Assembly: GCA_964188305.1 (NCBI GenBank) | Contig: OZ076885.1 | From: Podarcis bocagei | Lineage: Eukaryota | Length of the DNA stretch: 64,000 nt | Strand: one strand, 5' to 3' | Part shown: positions 39,227 to 51,878 of the stretch, in pieces | Numbering within the stretch: position 1 is the first letter of the stretch | How the letters are laid out: every line of letters begins with the position of its first letter | Program-made: the position numbers and the translations under genes | The notes under the pieces: generated by a model | Told to the model about the DNA's origin: nothing | Database searches by the model: none | What the model saw: the letters and a program-made list of their open reading frames with translations, nothing else

Positions 39227-39287
39227 ATCATTTCAGCAAAGTTCTAAAAACAATAACATCATTTCAGCAAACTCTAAAAACAATAAA
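39227..39287. repeat. ~31-bp tandem duplication atcatttcagcaaa..tctaaaaacaataa
   Basis: Two adjacent near-identical copies. Confidence 0.85.
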
Positions 39288-40037
39288 ATCACCCTACTGG
39301 GCTTAATTGTGTGGTTGAAGGCTTCTGTCAGCCACTTTCAATGTAGTGGCAGGCACTATGTGGCAGGCTTTTAGATGCCTACTGCATTGTTTTTTGTTAT
39401 CTGAAATCATCCAGAGTTGACCTAGAAAGGGCAGGAACAAATTAATACTTTTAAATAACTGACTGATCATGTTGACTTCAATACACCTTTGTCACACAAC
39501 TTGGGTATGATAATTTATATTCAGAGGATGAAAGGAATAGAGAAGGTTGCTGTGAGTCATAATTTCAAGGCACTTGGCCAAATTCCTGGAACAGCCTCCC
39601 TTCTCTCAAGCTGCAAATCAAGTAGGCAGGAGCAGCTAGTTATACCTGTAGCTTCCCCAGTTCCCCAAATCCCATCCTTTCCTTGCAAAAGTGGAAAAGC
39701 TGTCTGGTTAATGGTCCATGACTTGTGTTCTTTCAAGAGGATTTCTGTAGGGATCAATGAAACGAGTTAATTTTCCTGCTTGGTTGACTTGAACAACTAC
39801 ATGAAGCAGAAAAGACTCTATAGACACCAGCTTGTTAAGAACAGAAGTCAACAGAGTTCACAAAGAAAATGGTTTTCATACTCGTATGCTATGAAATAAT
39901 TGCCTGCCACCTGATTGTTTGCTATGCCTTCCACCTGTAATTATGTTGGTTGGCTCACAGTCTTGCTAGCTGTCAGCTGTGACCATTTGCAAATGATTAA
40001 CCATGCTGCTGTTCTTAAAAGTTTCTCTATGTAGAAT

Positions 40038-40200
40038 ACCCAGGTTCAAATCTCCACTCAGTCATGGAAGGTGTCTGAGTGACCTTGGGCAAGCCAAACT
40101 TTCTCAGCCTAAGCTACTAGAGAGCTTTTGTTGTGAGGGCTAAAATAATGTAAACTGTCTTGATCTCCCTGAAGTAAGAATGGGATAAAATGTAATAAAT
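40038..40200 (+). mobile_element. Old MIR-like (CORE) SINE
   Basis: caggttcaaatc box B, gtgaccttgggcaag CORE-like segment, gggataaaatgtaataaat tail. Confidence 0.6.
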
Positions 40201-40715
40201 TAACTAAAATAAATTAGCTAGCATCTGCTGGGCATGAAAAATAGTTTGTTTATTTTTGTTGGTTTGTTTTTAAAGGCCAAACTGATTCGATTCTATGAAA
40301 TTCAAAACCACATGTTCTCTCTGGCCACTTTTACTCAGCATATGAGGAGCTGCTGGTGCTGGCCTAGGTCCAACCAAAAGGCTATGGCAAGAGGCGAGAG
40401 AGGTGGTTTTACATGAGTCAGTGTTCAATCAGGAAACATGTCAGAATGATCAGTGACTTCATGTAGAAAGCATGGATAGGCTCTTCTAAGGGTGGATTCC
40501 TCTCTTACACTTACACCCTAAAAGTAAACAAATGGGTTTTTAAGACTGATGTGCTCCTCCCAGTTTAATTCAGGGGTAGGTCAGTATGCCTCTGCTGTCA
40601 GAAGTTTGGGGAAAGCTTTCTAAACAGACATTTCCAATTTTTGAAGAGAGCAATCTTAAAAGGCTATCCAGTTCCTATTGGTTTTGTGTTCTGGCAAACT
40701 ACTACTTTTTTTGGT

Positions 40716-41072
40716 TAAAGTTAAAGGTACCCCTGACCATTAGGTCCAGTCGCAAATGACTCTGGGGTTGCGTGCTCATCTCGCTTTACTGGCCGAGGGA
40801 GCTGGCGTTTGTCCGCAGACAGCTTCTGGGTCATGTGGCCAGCATGACTAAGCCACTTCTGCCGAACCAGAGCAGTGCATGGAAACGCTGTTTACCTTCT
40901 TGCTGGAGCAGTACCTATTTATCTACTTGCACTTGACGTGCTTTTGAACTGCTAGGTGGGCAGGAGCTGGGACCAAATGGGTGCTCACCCCGTCGCAGGG
41001 ATTCGAACTACCGACCTTCCGGTCAGCAAGCCCTAGGCTCTGCATTTTAGACCATAGCGCCACCCACATCCC
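40716..41072 (-). mobile_element. Near full-length Sauria SINE (tRNA head, Bov-B-type tail)
   Basis: Reverse complement shows GGGATGTGGGTGGCGCTATGG head, box-B-like GTTCGAATCC, body AAGTAGATAAATAGGTAC and (ACCTTT)-like tail. TSD tact(6-7)ggt at 40703-40715 and 41074-41085. Confidence 0.9.
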
Positions 41073-41171
41073 TTACTTTTTTGGTAGCAGTAATCTATTT
41101 GTTTGGTAGTGGTAACTTCCTTAAATTCACACAGCTCAGATTTTACTATGGAAGCGCAAGTAAATAATATA

Positions 41172-41413
41172 CAGTGGTACCTCGGGTTAAGTACTTAATT
41201 CGTTCTGGAGGTCCGTTCTTAACCTGAAACTGTTCTTAACCTGAATCACCACTTTAGCTAATGGGGCCTCCCGCTGCTGCCGCGCCACCGGAGCACAATT
41301 TCTGTTCTCATCCTGAAGCAAAGTTCTTAACCCGAGGTAATATTTCTGGGTTAGCAGAGTCTGTAACCTGAAGCGTATGTAACCTGAAGCGTATGTAACC
41401 CAAGGTACCACTG
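41172..41413 (-). mobile_element. Tc1/mariner (pogo/Tigger-like) MITE
   Basis: TA-flanked TIRs; reverse complement of the 31178 copy. Confidence 0.88.
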
Positions 41414-41562
41414 TACTGTGTAGATTCTAATGTTGATTTCATGAAGACCCAGGTAACTACTGACCAGTCAGTTTGATGTTGATACCAGGAAAGGTCCTAG
41501 AACAGATAATTAAGCACTTGGTCTGTGAGCACTTAGAAAAGGATCCTGTGATTACTAAGACC

Positions 41563-42090
41563 CAGCATTGGTTTCCCAAAACAAGTCCTGTCAGACAAAT
41601 CTAATTTCTTGTTTGATAGAGTTGCAAGCTTGGTGGATCAGGATAATGCCGTGGGCTGAACACGGTAACTGAAATGTGTGTAGAGGAGGGTGATCAAAAG
41701 TCTGGAAACCAGCCTTATGAGGAACAGCTGAGGAGCTGGGCATGTTTAGCCTGGAAAAGAGGTGACCAAGAGGAGATACGATAACCATCTTCAAATATCT
41801 AAAGGGCTGTCACATGGAAGATTGAGCAAGCTTGTTTTCTTCTGCTCTGGAGGCTTGGACCAGTGGCTTCAAGTTAAAAAGAAAAGAGAGATCCTGACTA
41901 AACATCAGGAAGAACTTTCTGACGTAAGAGCTGTTCAACAATGAAACAGTCTTTTTCAGAAGGTGGTGGACTCTTCTTCCTTGGAGGTTTTTTAAACAGA
42001 GGTTGGATGGATGTTTTAGCTGAGATTCCTGCATTGCAGGGAATTGGCCTAGATGACCCTTGGGGTCCCTTCCAACTCTACGATTCTAAG
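41563..42090 (+). mobile_element. CR1 LINE fragment with large internal deletion
   Basis: RT-region relic (KSCQTNLISCLIELQ.../..VDQDNAV) is directly followed by ORF2 C-terminus (YEEQL.ELGMFSLEKR) and 3' UTR ending gtcccttccaactctacgattct. Confidence 0.8.
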
Positions 42091-44969
42091 TTCCACTGCA
42101 TCCATGTTATTCTTTCTACCTATAGGGAGGCATGCATTAAATACATTGCAGTCCAGAGTAAGGTCATGTGTAAAATTTTAGGGTGCCTATTTTTTCTTGC
42201 AGCATATCAGAACACTAAAGAAGCATTGTTTGATAAATACTTGAGTATAAAATTTAGCTAGGAGCACATCCTTGTAATTTCCAAAATTGCTCTTCACTTC
42301 TGTAAGAAAACTAAGGTGGTGCAAGACTTGGAGTATGCAGGAGGATTCTATTATTGGTTATGTAATAAACTGCTCTTATGACTCATTGGTGTAAGTCAGT
42401 ATGACCCAGTACCATTTTTAATACCTAGTAGCTCGATGGTTTCTATACATCTTTCCTAGCATACTACTCAGGATTCTTCATTTGAAGATGCCAGGGCCTC
42501 ATATAGGCAACATATGTTACACCTGAGGTCTCTTTCCTTACCAGTCCATAGGACAGGTTCAGTTTCTGACACATACATTTTTGCAGCTAAGAATATGTTT
42601 GCCAGCAGAAATTGGTTCAATGAAAGATAATTGCTTTTGCCTTTCTTTGGTGCTTAAACCCTAGATCTGGGATATTGGTGGGATGGGCAAGCTATTTTTT
42701 TTAAGGAGTTCTCCTGATAAGGCATTGATTGTTTTAATTGGCAGAATTCCATTTTTCAATCAGAGTAAATAATAGTTATATGACAGTACTATAAGTTGAT
42801 TAGTTGATGTTGCTCCAAGCTTTCTTACTTAAATAAGAGACCTCTCTAAAATGCATGGTCATTGAAACCACTGTAGGACGAGCAGAATGAGTTTCAATGG
42901 AGGTTTGCTAGGTGTTTATTTAAAAAAAAAATCATGTTAATCTCATAATCACAATTTCTCTAATGGGCTGGGAAGGCAAATTCTTGCACACTAATGTTTT
43001 GATAGTAAAATTTAGACAGCCTGGATGAAATAAACAAAACATTAGAATTAAACAAGCTTTCTGTTCCTTTCTGGATCTAAGTAATAACAGGTTTGCAAAC
43101 TGCCACTTTGTATTTAGTCTGTTTCTGTTAGAGGTGTGTTTATGGTCCATTTTGGAGGTTTGAAGTTTCTTGCTCATCCTTGAAGCTGACAGACAGGTTG
43201 CGACTTAAACTTCTGAGTGGCATCAAGGTAAAAATGGAGATGGCTTCTCTGTCTTTCTTTCTTACTTGGAGTAAGGTATGTAGTCCTAAAATAATTATGC
43301 ACAAAAATCCACACCTTTTGATGAAGCCTTTAAATCAATTGGGTTTGCAGCTAAGAACCAGTTTCCAAGAACAAGTAACCGTAGGTAAATATCACCTTGT
43401 GGCATTACCCTGTTGTCAGTCAATCAAAAAGAGCTGCTATAGAGCTGTGGCTTTAGAGAGCAGAGCCATCCTGAAATACAGGACATGTGAGGTTTTTCCT
43501 TGCGATCTAGTGGTATATACACTTTATGAAATAGGTTCTGTGGAGTTGTGGTGTCACAGCTTAATGAAGTACCTAGAATTATCTTCAGCCCTAACTTTGA
43601 ATGTATTTTTTGACGAAGCCCCAGTTTTCAAAAGGGAACTTATCTCATCCTACAGTTTATCTGCTGGAGATAACATTCTTTGATTGATGCTTTTGGTTTG
43701 AGGTTATAAAATTTTATGTAAGTGGCGGAAGTTATTTGCCTAGCTGAATTTTATGTTTTAGATTATTGTCTTCTACTGTTGAACTGACTAAAGTCATATT
43801 ATTGCCTTAAATATTCATTAGTTAGCCCCCACTTGATCTAGGAGGTAGTGCACCTGTTAATACTCACCCAAACAGTCTGCTCTTGACATAATAATCTTAC
43901 ATCCCTTAAAAATTCAGCCCCCACCCTGTCTTTCCCTTCTTTCTTACTACTGGTGGGTAGCAAAAGGGAACTTGTGATCATGGCTTGTGTGCTGCTAAAG
44001 CAAAAGTGCTGATTCAGGAAGCCACCTGAATGAGAAGCAGTTGAAATACCACCCCAATACAAAACCATAGTTTTTCTAAGGAATCTTGCCAGAAACAAGT
44101 TATTGCTTAGGCTATATTGGCAATATTAATGGAGCAGGCCAGAAGTTTAAACTTGTAAGGAAACTTGCCATTGAGAAATTCCTTACCTGATTTTGTATGC
44201 TCTTTGTATGAACAATTAGTTTTAGTGTCTCACTGAAACCTTTCAGTGTAGCGTGCTCTCTCTCTGGATCCAGAAAGTGACCTGGTTCAGACCTAAAAAT
44301 AAGCCAAACTATGACTTAAAATGAAGAAGCAGATGTGCAGGTTCTGAGAGCTGTTTTGCTCCTCATTTTGGTTTCTTTCAAAATTATCACCTGCACATAT
44401 ATTGGGTTGTATTCAAGGGTAGATTTGCCTTGACAGAAAACACTTCCATTTGCATGAGGTAGAAGGCAGCCCAGCAACCATCAGGCAATGTGAGGCAACT
44501 GCCTCAAAGAGTAGGGAGTGGCAGCAAGACACTGGAGGACAGAGCGATGAGTGCTACATAGCTTGCCTGCAGGTATGGTGAAATATGCTGCCCTCTTGCC
44601 AGTGTTGAAGTAAGATTCAGTTGCCAGTCTGGATGGCTTTTGTACATGGATGAGATGAGGTACCAACTTGTCTTTTGGCAAGTGTCTTGGACAAGCCCTA
44701 GCAAGGCACCCATTTTTTACTGGTTCCCTGTTCCTACTTAAGCCCCTTATTCCTCCTGAAAAACTATTCTTGAGATGGAGGGGGGATGTTCTGAAGGATG
44801 TGGTTGCATATAGTGGTGTCTTTAGCATATGCGCCGCCGGGATACAAAGATCCACCCAGCGCCCCCAAATTTAGTTGAATGACAAGTGCTGGCGCGGCGC
44901 ACCTTTGATAAATGATCACACAAAGTTGAAAGTCCTTTAGTGAAACAGTAGGTATACATTTCTGTAATA

Positions 44970-45195
44970 CAGTGGTATCTCGGGTTACAGATGCTTCAGG
45001 TTACAGACTCGGCTAACCCAGAAATAGTACCTCGGGTTAAGAACTTTGCTTCAGGATGAGAACAGAAATCCCACGACGGCAGCACAGCGGCAGCGGGAGG
45101 CCCCATTAGCTAAAGTGGTGCTTCAGGTTAAGAACAGTTTCAGGTTAAGAATGGACCTCCGGAACGAATTAAGTTCTTAACCAGAGGTACCACTG
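44970..45195 (+). mobile_element. Tc1/mariner (pogo/Tigger-like) MITE
   Basis: TA|CAGTGGTATCTCGGGTTA...AGAGGTACCACTG|TA. Confidence 0.88.
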
Positions 45196-46318
45196 TACCT
45201 AGGTATATATGTATTTTGTTTTTCTAGCTTGATCAAAATTATTTATTATTTCGTAACAGGTAGATAGTTAAGAGCTTAGGCAGCTTCAGCGGCGGGCACC
45301 TGGCACCCCCCAGAATTTGGCCCCCAGGTGCCTAGCACCCCCAGGCAAAGATGGCCCTGGTTGCATAGGTTGGTAGAAGATGGTTGAAAAGTGGATGCTT
45401 TGACTTGCAGTAGCAGTTCCACTAAGGCAAGGGTGTCCAAAATTTTTTCAAAGAGGGCCAGATTTGATGAAGTGGACATGCATAATGGTTGAACCATTTT
45501 GCCTGACCTTTTTTAAGGATTGGTCCACTCAAAGTTGTTGACCTTGAAACTGTAGTCACATACTTTTTGGTGATATTTTCACTGCTAATAACTTAACCTA
45601 CCAAATTAGCAAAGGATCTACCGGTATATATGAACACATCAGAAGCCTTAAAATTACCATATCTTTATATATATCTAGTATTGGATCAAGTGCAACCAGT
45701 GTGCAGTATTCTAAGTCACAGATGTGTAGGGTACTTGTCAGACTGAAGTTCTGTATACTCTCATGTGCGTCAAGAACTGTCCCAATCACTGTTGTGATTC
45801 TAAGGAAACTCTCCTCACTGCATTTGGGATTTGTCTGACCACTTAAAAAGTGACTGAGAAAGTTTGTGCCTATGGAAGTTCTTTGTGAATGAATAGCAGT
45901 GAGACACCTCTGTCCACATGGAGTTGCTGCTACATGAGTTACCCACTCCATTCTGATCTAAGGCATGTCCTTTCTTTTAATCATATTTACTTTACTTTCA
46001 AGCCTTGATACTTTTGTCTTCAAAAACAGCAGGTCCATGATTTTCAGTTCTTTAAGCAGGCCTAAACATAGGAGGAGACTGCTTACATATAGCCTGCCCA
46101 CGAACCATAATTAGGGGTCAGCTAATCACGTTATGTTATGGGTAAACTGTTACAAAGACGAGAAAGGTTAGCTATTACAGTACTGCTATTCTTTCCACTT
46201 GGGTTGCTAGACTACAGCTCCTATCAGTCCCAGCCAGCGCGGCCAGTGGTCAGGGATACTGGTAGTAGTAGTCCAGCATCCCATCTGAAGTGCACCATTT
46301 TGGCTGTCCCTCATTGTA

Positions 46319-46647
46319 AAGGTAAAGGGACCCCTGACCATTAGGTCCAGTCGTGGCCGACTCTGGGGTTGCGGCACTCATCTCGCTTTATTGGCCAAGG
46401 GAGCCAGCGTACATCTTTCCGGGTCATGTGGCCAGCATAACTAAGTCGCTTCTGGCAAACCAGAGCAGTGCACAGAAACGCCGTTTACCTTCCCACTGGA
46501 GCGGTACCTATTTATCTACTTGCACTTTGACATGCTTTCGAACTGCTAGGTTGGCAGGAGCTGGGATCGAGCAACCCCCCCATCGCGGGCAATTCGAACC
46601 GCCGACCTTCTGATCGGCAAGCCCTAGGCTCTGTTGCTTCCCTTTGC
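46319..46647 (-). mobile_element. Sauria SINE, slightly 5'-truncated
   Basis: Same body as the 40716 and 51556 copies; 11-bp TSD ccctcattgta at 46308-46318 and 46648-46658. Confidence 0.9.
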
Positions 46648-46740
46648 CCCTCATTGTAGGTTGTTCCAGTTCTCCCAAATACTTCACAATGCTTTAATTG
46701 CATAACCCTCTCAAGCCCAAAGGTTCCATGTGGGACAGAA

Positions 46741-46742
<2 letters not shown>

Positions 46743-46783
<41 letters not shown>
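46743..46783. repeat. (GT)n microsatellite
   Basis: Direct reading. Confidence 0.95.
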
Positions 46784-46790
<7 letters not shown>

Positions 46791-48255
46791 CATTGCTATT
46801 GAAACCCTAACCAGTTTTTATATATCTCAAATATTGGTTAAAAAAACTCACATAGATGGCTACTACTGAACATGGAAACATATTCAAAATACACTTGGCA
46901 TATTTTGAGTCGTAAAAAAAAGTCAATATGAAATTGTAAATGCAGGGTTGATTTTTTGGAACAATTGCTTTACTACGTAGAAACTTCATAAACTGGTACC
47001 TTTGCAGAGAAACTTAGTTCAAGCTTAGGGGAGGGATGTGCTTGATGACTTTATTGCCCATCAATTAATGCATGTTGGAATGTTGGATCAAACATATACA
47101 TGCCTTGGATCTTTTAGCATGTCATTTGGAGTTTTGTGCAGAAATAATACAGTGTGGCAAGTAAAATGTTCTTCCAGTTAGCAATGCTTGTTCACTCAAC
47201 ACAGGGCTGCAGTCCTGATGGAACAAAGCTTCATTGTATAGAGATGTCAATATGGCACCTTCCCAGGCATTCAAGCCCCCACATATATGTTGGTATTTTT
47301 ATAAACTAATTCAGCAACTCCTAATGTAATTGGCTGATTCAAGTGCCAGGACAGAGGACAGTTGGGTCTGTTCCAAAGTACAACACTAGTTTACTAGAGG
47401 AGGTATTGTTGAAACAAGGGGTACCAAATGTTATTAATTCTGTAGTGAGCACACACCAAGTATAAAGCACTTCAGCAAAATTAGAATGGTTGGTAGTGGA
47501 ATAAGACAAGCTTGTATCCTGCATATATCTTCAGAATGTTGGATCAACCAGTCTGACCTTGGAATCTGCTGACAAACAGCATTCTGATAATAGTTTGCGT
47601 TATTCACCCGCCTCAAAATCATGTGGTTTCTGTGAATGGAAAATGTCCAAAGCCTATCGTACATAAGATAGCGGAGTGGAAGCATTTTCAGTGGTTGCTT
47701 ATCTCTTGTCAGTTTAATGCTACTTAATATGAATGCATAGGCTGAAAATATCAGTAGCAGTGAAAAGCCAGTGTCAGCTGTTTTTACAGATAGGCAACTC
47801 TGAAGTGTTAAGTTGACTTAGCCCCCCCCCCCCCAACTTGGCCAGAAAAAGCAAACATCCCTTGGTGAATGTATGGACAGACATCCAACTGACCATAATG
47901 GACTCTTCATGATTTTGGCAGGAGAAGTAACAGTACTGAGGATTTGTGAAGTCCTCTGTATGGAGAAAAGATTCCTTATATTCATACCTGACAAACAGAC
48001 CAGCCAGTAAAATAGATTTAGAGTGTTCTATAAGTACAGATCAGGAAGGGATGCTGGACACCTGTGGAAAGGGAAATGAGTACATTTAGTGTCCACTTAG
48101 TTTAGACTTAACTGTGTGTTCTCTTCTAATTTTAAACATAGCACTCTCCTTCTGATTTAATATTTATATCAGCAAAATTAGCTTCCATTTCCAGAAAGAA
48201 CTGTCTAACATAATACCCTGTCTTGCTTAGCATTTTTATTATTTTGTTCTGGCAG

Positions 48256-48539
48256 ATTCCTATTCAGCATCCTCTAATGAAAATGGAGGGAAATCTGAAT
48301 CGGTGGCCAATTTGCAGCCTCATTCATCCATCAATTCCATCCAGAGCTCCCCTGGTCCAAAGCGCTCTACTAACACACTGAAGAAATGGCTAACGAGTCC
48401 AGTACGCCGATTGAATAGTGGAAAGGCAGACAGTAACATCAAGAAGCAGAAGAAAGTGCGCGAAGGAAGGAAAAGCTTTGACCTGGGATCCCCCAAGCCT
48501 GGAGACGAGACCACGCCTCAGGGAGACAGTGCAGATGAG
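48256..48539 (+). CDS. KALRN: KALRN exon, linker after SH3 ((D)SYSASSNENGGKSESVANLQ...KKWLTSPVRRL...TTPQGDSADE), phase 1-0
   Basis: ggcag acceptor ending 48255; GAG|gtatgg donor; kalirin-specific peptide. Frame is compatible with both the SH3 exon and the Duet exon. Confidence 0.96.
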
Positions 48540-49578
48540 GTATGGACATAGTTGATACCTTTTTTTAAGAATGCTGACTTGAGCATAAAGCTTCCTTTTG
48601 TTTGATTCTTCACATTGTTTTGGAATAAGTTTTGAAATAACTGTAGAAAAGCATCCATCCTTGTATCAAAACTGGGAAAGCCCTATATCCTCACTATAAA
48701 GAGGATTCTTGTATCATCCCATCCAGACTAGTTACTCCCTAGGCCTCAGCCTTTATGTTTGTTGGCTCCTTCCTTCCAAAGCTTGGGCTTGCCTACTGTC
48801 CACCATCTTTGCTGTGTGATGTAAAATAACACCATAGATCATGAAGGGAACCAGAGCTCTTGCATTTTTATTTTCCATCACATTTTTCCTGGTCATTTTG
48901 CATAGATTTGTTATCTTCCTTTTGCAGCTGCAGATACGGATTCATTTATGGGTATTTTATGACTGCTCTAATAGCTGCTCAAAGCATTTTAAATTATTCT
49001 ATTGGGGTTCAAAGTGTTGCTCTGCCAATAGTGCGAGTGATGCAGGAATGCTATAAATCAATAAATAGAACTAGGTTGCTGGAAGGAGCTAGTGTGCTCA
49101 TTCAAATATATGCCCAGGAATGTAGTAGGCTCAAAAAAAGAGAGGTTTTTTCATGCCTAACAGTCAGATCCAGTTCAGTGAGGAACTTGAGAACTGGTTA
49201 GCAAAACATTTGCTATTTTAAGCAGCACGGTGGTCTTTCCTGATCAAATTTGAAGTCCTAATGCTGCAGGGAATGATTTATTGTAGATCCTCTTGCCCCT
49301 TTAAAGGAAATTAATAATGTTTTATGTAGATGCTAATATGAGGGTTAGAGGATTGCATTGGACTCCCTTATGTAGGGAATTCCCTTTCTACCTCACTAGG
49401 CATCAGAGGGGAAAGGCTAGGTAAATATTCTTTTTATATCTGTCACAACAACCCACTCCTCTGTCTGGATTTGATTTGGTATGATTATGGAGTTCCAACA
49501 CCATAAAAATATTATGGGAGGGACTCTCTCATTCTGTCCAACTTTGCCTGTTCATAATGAAATTTCCCTTGCTTTCAG

Positions 49579-49683
49579 AAGAGCAAGAAAGGTTGGGGCG
49601 AAGATGAGCAAGATGAAGAATCTCATACACCACTCCCTCCTCCTATGAAGATTTTTGATAATGATCCCACACAGGATGACATG
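49579..49683 (+). CDS. KALRN: KALRN exon KSKKGWGEDEQDEESHTPLPPPMKIFDNDPTQDDM, phase 0-0
   Basis: tttcag acceptor; ATG|gtagga donor; 105 nt; kalirin peptide. Confidence 0.95.
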
Positions 49684-51555
49684 GTAGGACTCGGGTCTTT
49701 TTTTCATTATTTTTTTCCTCAGAATAACTTTGAGTTCTTTTGTGTGTGTGTTTAAAAAAACCCACCTCCTGGAATCCAGGGAACCAGGCATGGTGTTTCA
49801 ATAGGGTACTATATATTGAAATGTGTTATTTTACACCCTCACTTTGTATCCAGAAGGAATGGCACTGAGCAATCCGTCTTCAAGGCCATTGTTGCAACGC
49901 TCAAGGATATTTTCTCGTTCCTTTCCCTCCTGGCATAATCAGAATATTTGTGACTTAGTCTGCTTACCTTTGTAGCTTGATTTTTTTAATTTATTTTGCA
50001 TTTCATGCCTTTTCTGTAGAGCAGTTGTTACGTTCAGAAGAAAGCTTTCTATGTGAACTTGCCTGCTGAGGAATTTCTGGACCTTGTGGGTGCTTCTGGG
50101 GTATATTATAATATGAGTGTTTGGTTCAGATGGGGCCCCTTCCAGCTCTACAGTTCTATGATTCTATCATGTGTTTCGCCTTACCATTTCTTTACATGAA
50201 CTGAGAGTTACTGCTAAAACATAACCAATACTTGCCCTCCAATACGCTGCTGCAAGGAAAGATTTGTCAGTGGGTGGGCAAGCTTTCTTTCAGGGAAGCC
50301 TGCCTACTGTTACCAGTATTCTGACTGAGAAATTCTTGATAAACTTCCAAGGAACTTTTGGGTTTCCCAGAATACTTCTTAAAACCACTGTGGTACAGCA
50401 ACAGCCATACATGCGGTATTCTAGCATGATGCTGATGTTGTCTCCACCGGTGTTGCAGCGAAATGGGGCAAGAAAAGGTGATTGCGGCAATAACTTCTAA
50501 TGGTGCAGTGTGTGGTGCACGTTGTGCCCAAGGTTTGAAAAACTCCATCATGGGACTGGATATATGAGTCATAATGTTGCCAGCAGGGGCCTCTGAAGTA
50601 GATATGCAGTAGTAGACTGAGTGTTCTACAGTCAATATCGTTTCAGTATGACACAAACAGCAGATTCTCTCTTAAAGTTCACCCAATATATATATAGTTC
50701 AGGTCACCCTATCTCAAAAAAATACTGTAGGGCTGGAAAGATGCAGGAAGGGGGAACCAGAATGATCAGGGATGCAGCTGGAAGAGGGGCAATAAAATCT
50801 GGGGTTTTAAAGTATAGAAAAAAATCAATGAAGCGAGCACAGGATGACATCTTATACTTGATGTGGAAAACATGGATGCAGAGTATCTTTCTATTAATAC
50901 TAGAACCCTTGGAACTGATTAACAAGAGATTTGACGCAAACAAAATAGTACCCGTAAAGACATAATATAATTAGTTTATGAAATTCAGTGTCATGGTGTG
51001 ACAAAAGACACTGGCTTAGATAGCTTTAAAGGGGGATACATATGAATTCATATTCATGGGGCCATATTCAGCTGAACTGTTGTACTAGCAGAAGCCAGCA
51101 CAACAATTCCCGCCAGTGCCAAGGGATTAACGGTATGTCCTAGAACAGTGTGCAAGGGGAGGAGAAGGGATATTTTTGTTAGGCAAGCAGGAGTGGTTGT
51201 GCTGATGGAATGATCTCCTTAGCACTATGTGTAATGCAACTCATGGGGAATAAATCTTATCAAGGATGACTATTCATGATGTCCATATGCAGCCTTCAGT
51301 TGCAGAGGCAAGGCAGTATGTCACTGAGTACCAGCTGCTTATGGTGTTGCCAAAGTCCTACTGTGAAAAGCAGGGTACTGAATTAGAGCTTTGATCTGAT
51401 CCAGCAGGGCTCTTCAGTGCATATACCCATGTGAATGAATGCTTGTAGTGATAAGGTGGTGATACAGGTAGACCTCCACTTGCTAAGCCATGTACCCGAG
51501 CAACTTCCATTGTGATCTGGGAGGTTATTAAGAACAAAGTGTGTTCTCCCTCATG

Positions 51556-51878
51556 GAGCTTAGGACTTGCCGATCAGAAGGTCGGCGGTTTGAATCCCCG
51601 CAACAAGGTGAGCGTCCGTCTCTTGGTCCCTGCTCCTGCAAACCTAGCAGTTCGAAAGCACATCAAAGTGCAAGTAGATAAATAGGTACCGCTCCGGCGG
51701 GAAGGTAAACGGCATTTCCGTGCACTGCTCTGGTTCGCCAGAAGCGGCTTAGTCATGCTGGCCACATGACCCGGAAGCTGTACGCCGGCTCCCTCGGCCA
51801 ATAAAGCGAGATGAGCACGCAACCCCAGAGTCGGCCACAACTGGACCTAATGGTCAGGGGTCCCTTTATCTTTACCTT
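51556..51878 (+). mobile_element. Sauria SINE, 5'-truncated
   Basis: cttgccgatcagaaggtcggcgg...gtagataaataggtaccgctcc...ggtcaggggtccctttatctttacctt; homologous to the two minus-strand copies. Confidence 0.9.

Noticed and set aside
26020-45195. Recurring TTCAGGTTA / CAGTGGTACCTC repeats as a CRISPR-like or novel array
   Set aside because: They are dispersed, TA-flanked TIR elements in a vertebrate intron, with no repeat-spacer periodicity.
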